In this document: positions 63,566-64,000 of the stretch, piece after piece
How positions within the stretch are numbered: the first letter of the stretch is position 1
How the letters are laid out: each line of letters starts with the position of its first letter
Assembly (NCBI RefSeq): GCF_037042905.1
Contig: NC_087245.1
Coordinates: forward strand, 19,840,001 to 19,904,000
Direction: 5' to 3'
DNA length: 64,000 nucleotides
DNA from: Lytechinus pictus
Lineage: Eukaryota
Notes under the pieces: model-generated
What the model was told of the DNA's origin: nothing
Database searches by the model: none
What the model saw: the letters and a program-made list of their open reading frames with translations, nothing else
Program-made: the position numbers and the translations under genes

Positions 63566-64000
63566 GTCAATGTGGATAAGTGTAAGAATCATGATTTGAG
63601 CTGTGAAAATGTGACGTTTATTCGGCAAAAGTCATGCTTGCAGGAAGTGTATCTTTCACCTCAAATTTTCAGGAACACTTGATGCTTACACTATGCATAC
63701 ACTGACCCAATCATAACCAATATCGCAAAACTGCACAAATATCCAAGAAAAAAAAATTGAATCTATACAACGATTGGCTGATGACATAAGCATTACTAAA
63801 TCAGTTACTATCTTAATATGCATGTGTAAAGTAAAGTACATTGTACACAATGCCCAGAATAAAAAAGAAATACAATGCCAAAAACAACCACCCTAAAATG
63901 AAAAAAAAAAAACTTCTCATATACTAGGCTTAGTTTAAATTAAAAAAAAATAGATTCTCATTAAAAATAACATTTTGCATTACAAGACTGGTCAGGATAA

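Overview
AT-rich, transposon-littered animal genomic DNA. The repeat landscape suggests a marine deuterostome, probably a sea urchin; this is inference only. One spliced protein-coding gene dominates the window: an orphan nuclear receptor of the NR1 D/E/F-related type (E75/E78/Rev-erb/ROR-like) on the minus strand. I assembled six coding exons by hand, all with GT-AG boundaries and matching phases: 51088-51000, 39718-39577, 22125-20315, 19692-19444, 18758-18545 and 16761-16493 (924 aa). A probable first coding exon at 55440-55377 brings the total to about 945 aa. The protein is an unusual mosaic: a C4 zinc-finger DBD with an EGckG P-box, a C-terminal extension ([13 protein letters not shown]) resembling the arthropod knirps/eagle box, a ~550-aa low-complexity hinge within one 1.8-kb exon, and an LBD that keeps candidate Rev-erb/E75-type heme ligands together with an AF-2 helix. 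Candidate regulatory features are an E-box cluster near the inferred 5' end, a RORE-type cluster further upstream, a duplicated intronic module and possible internal first exons that would give finger-less isoforms. The rest is non-autonomous DNA transposons (hAT, Tc1/mariner, Harbinger and Kolobok types), tRNA-derived SINEs, an RTE fragment and microsatellites. Nearly all other ORFs in the track look spurious. There are no CRISPR arrays, rRNA or intact tRNA genes.
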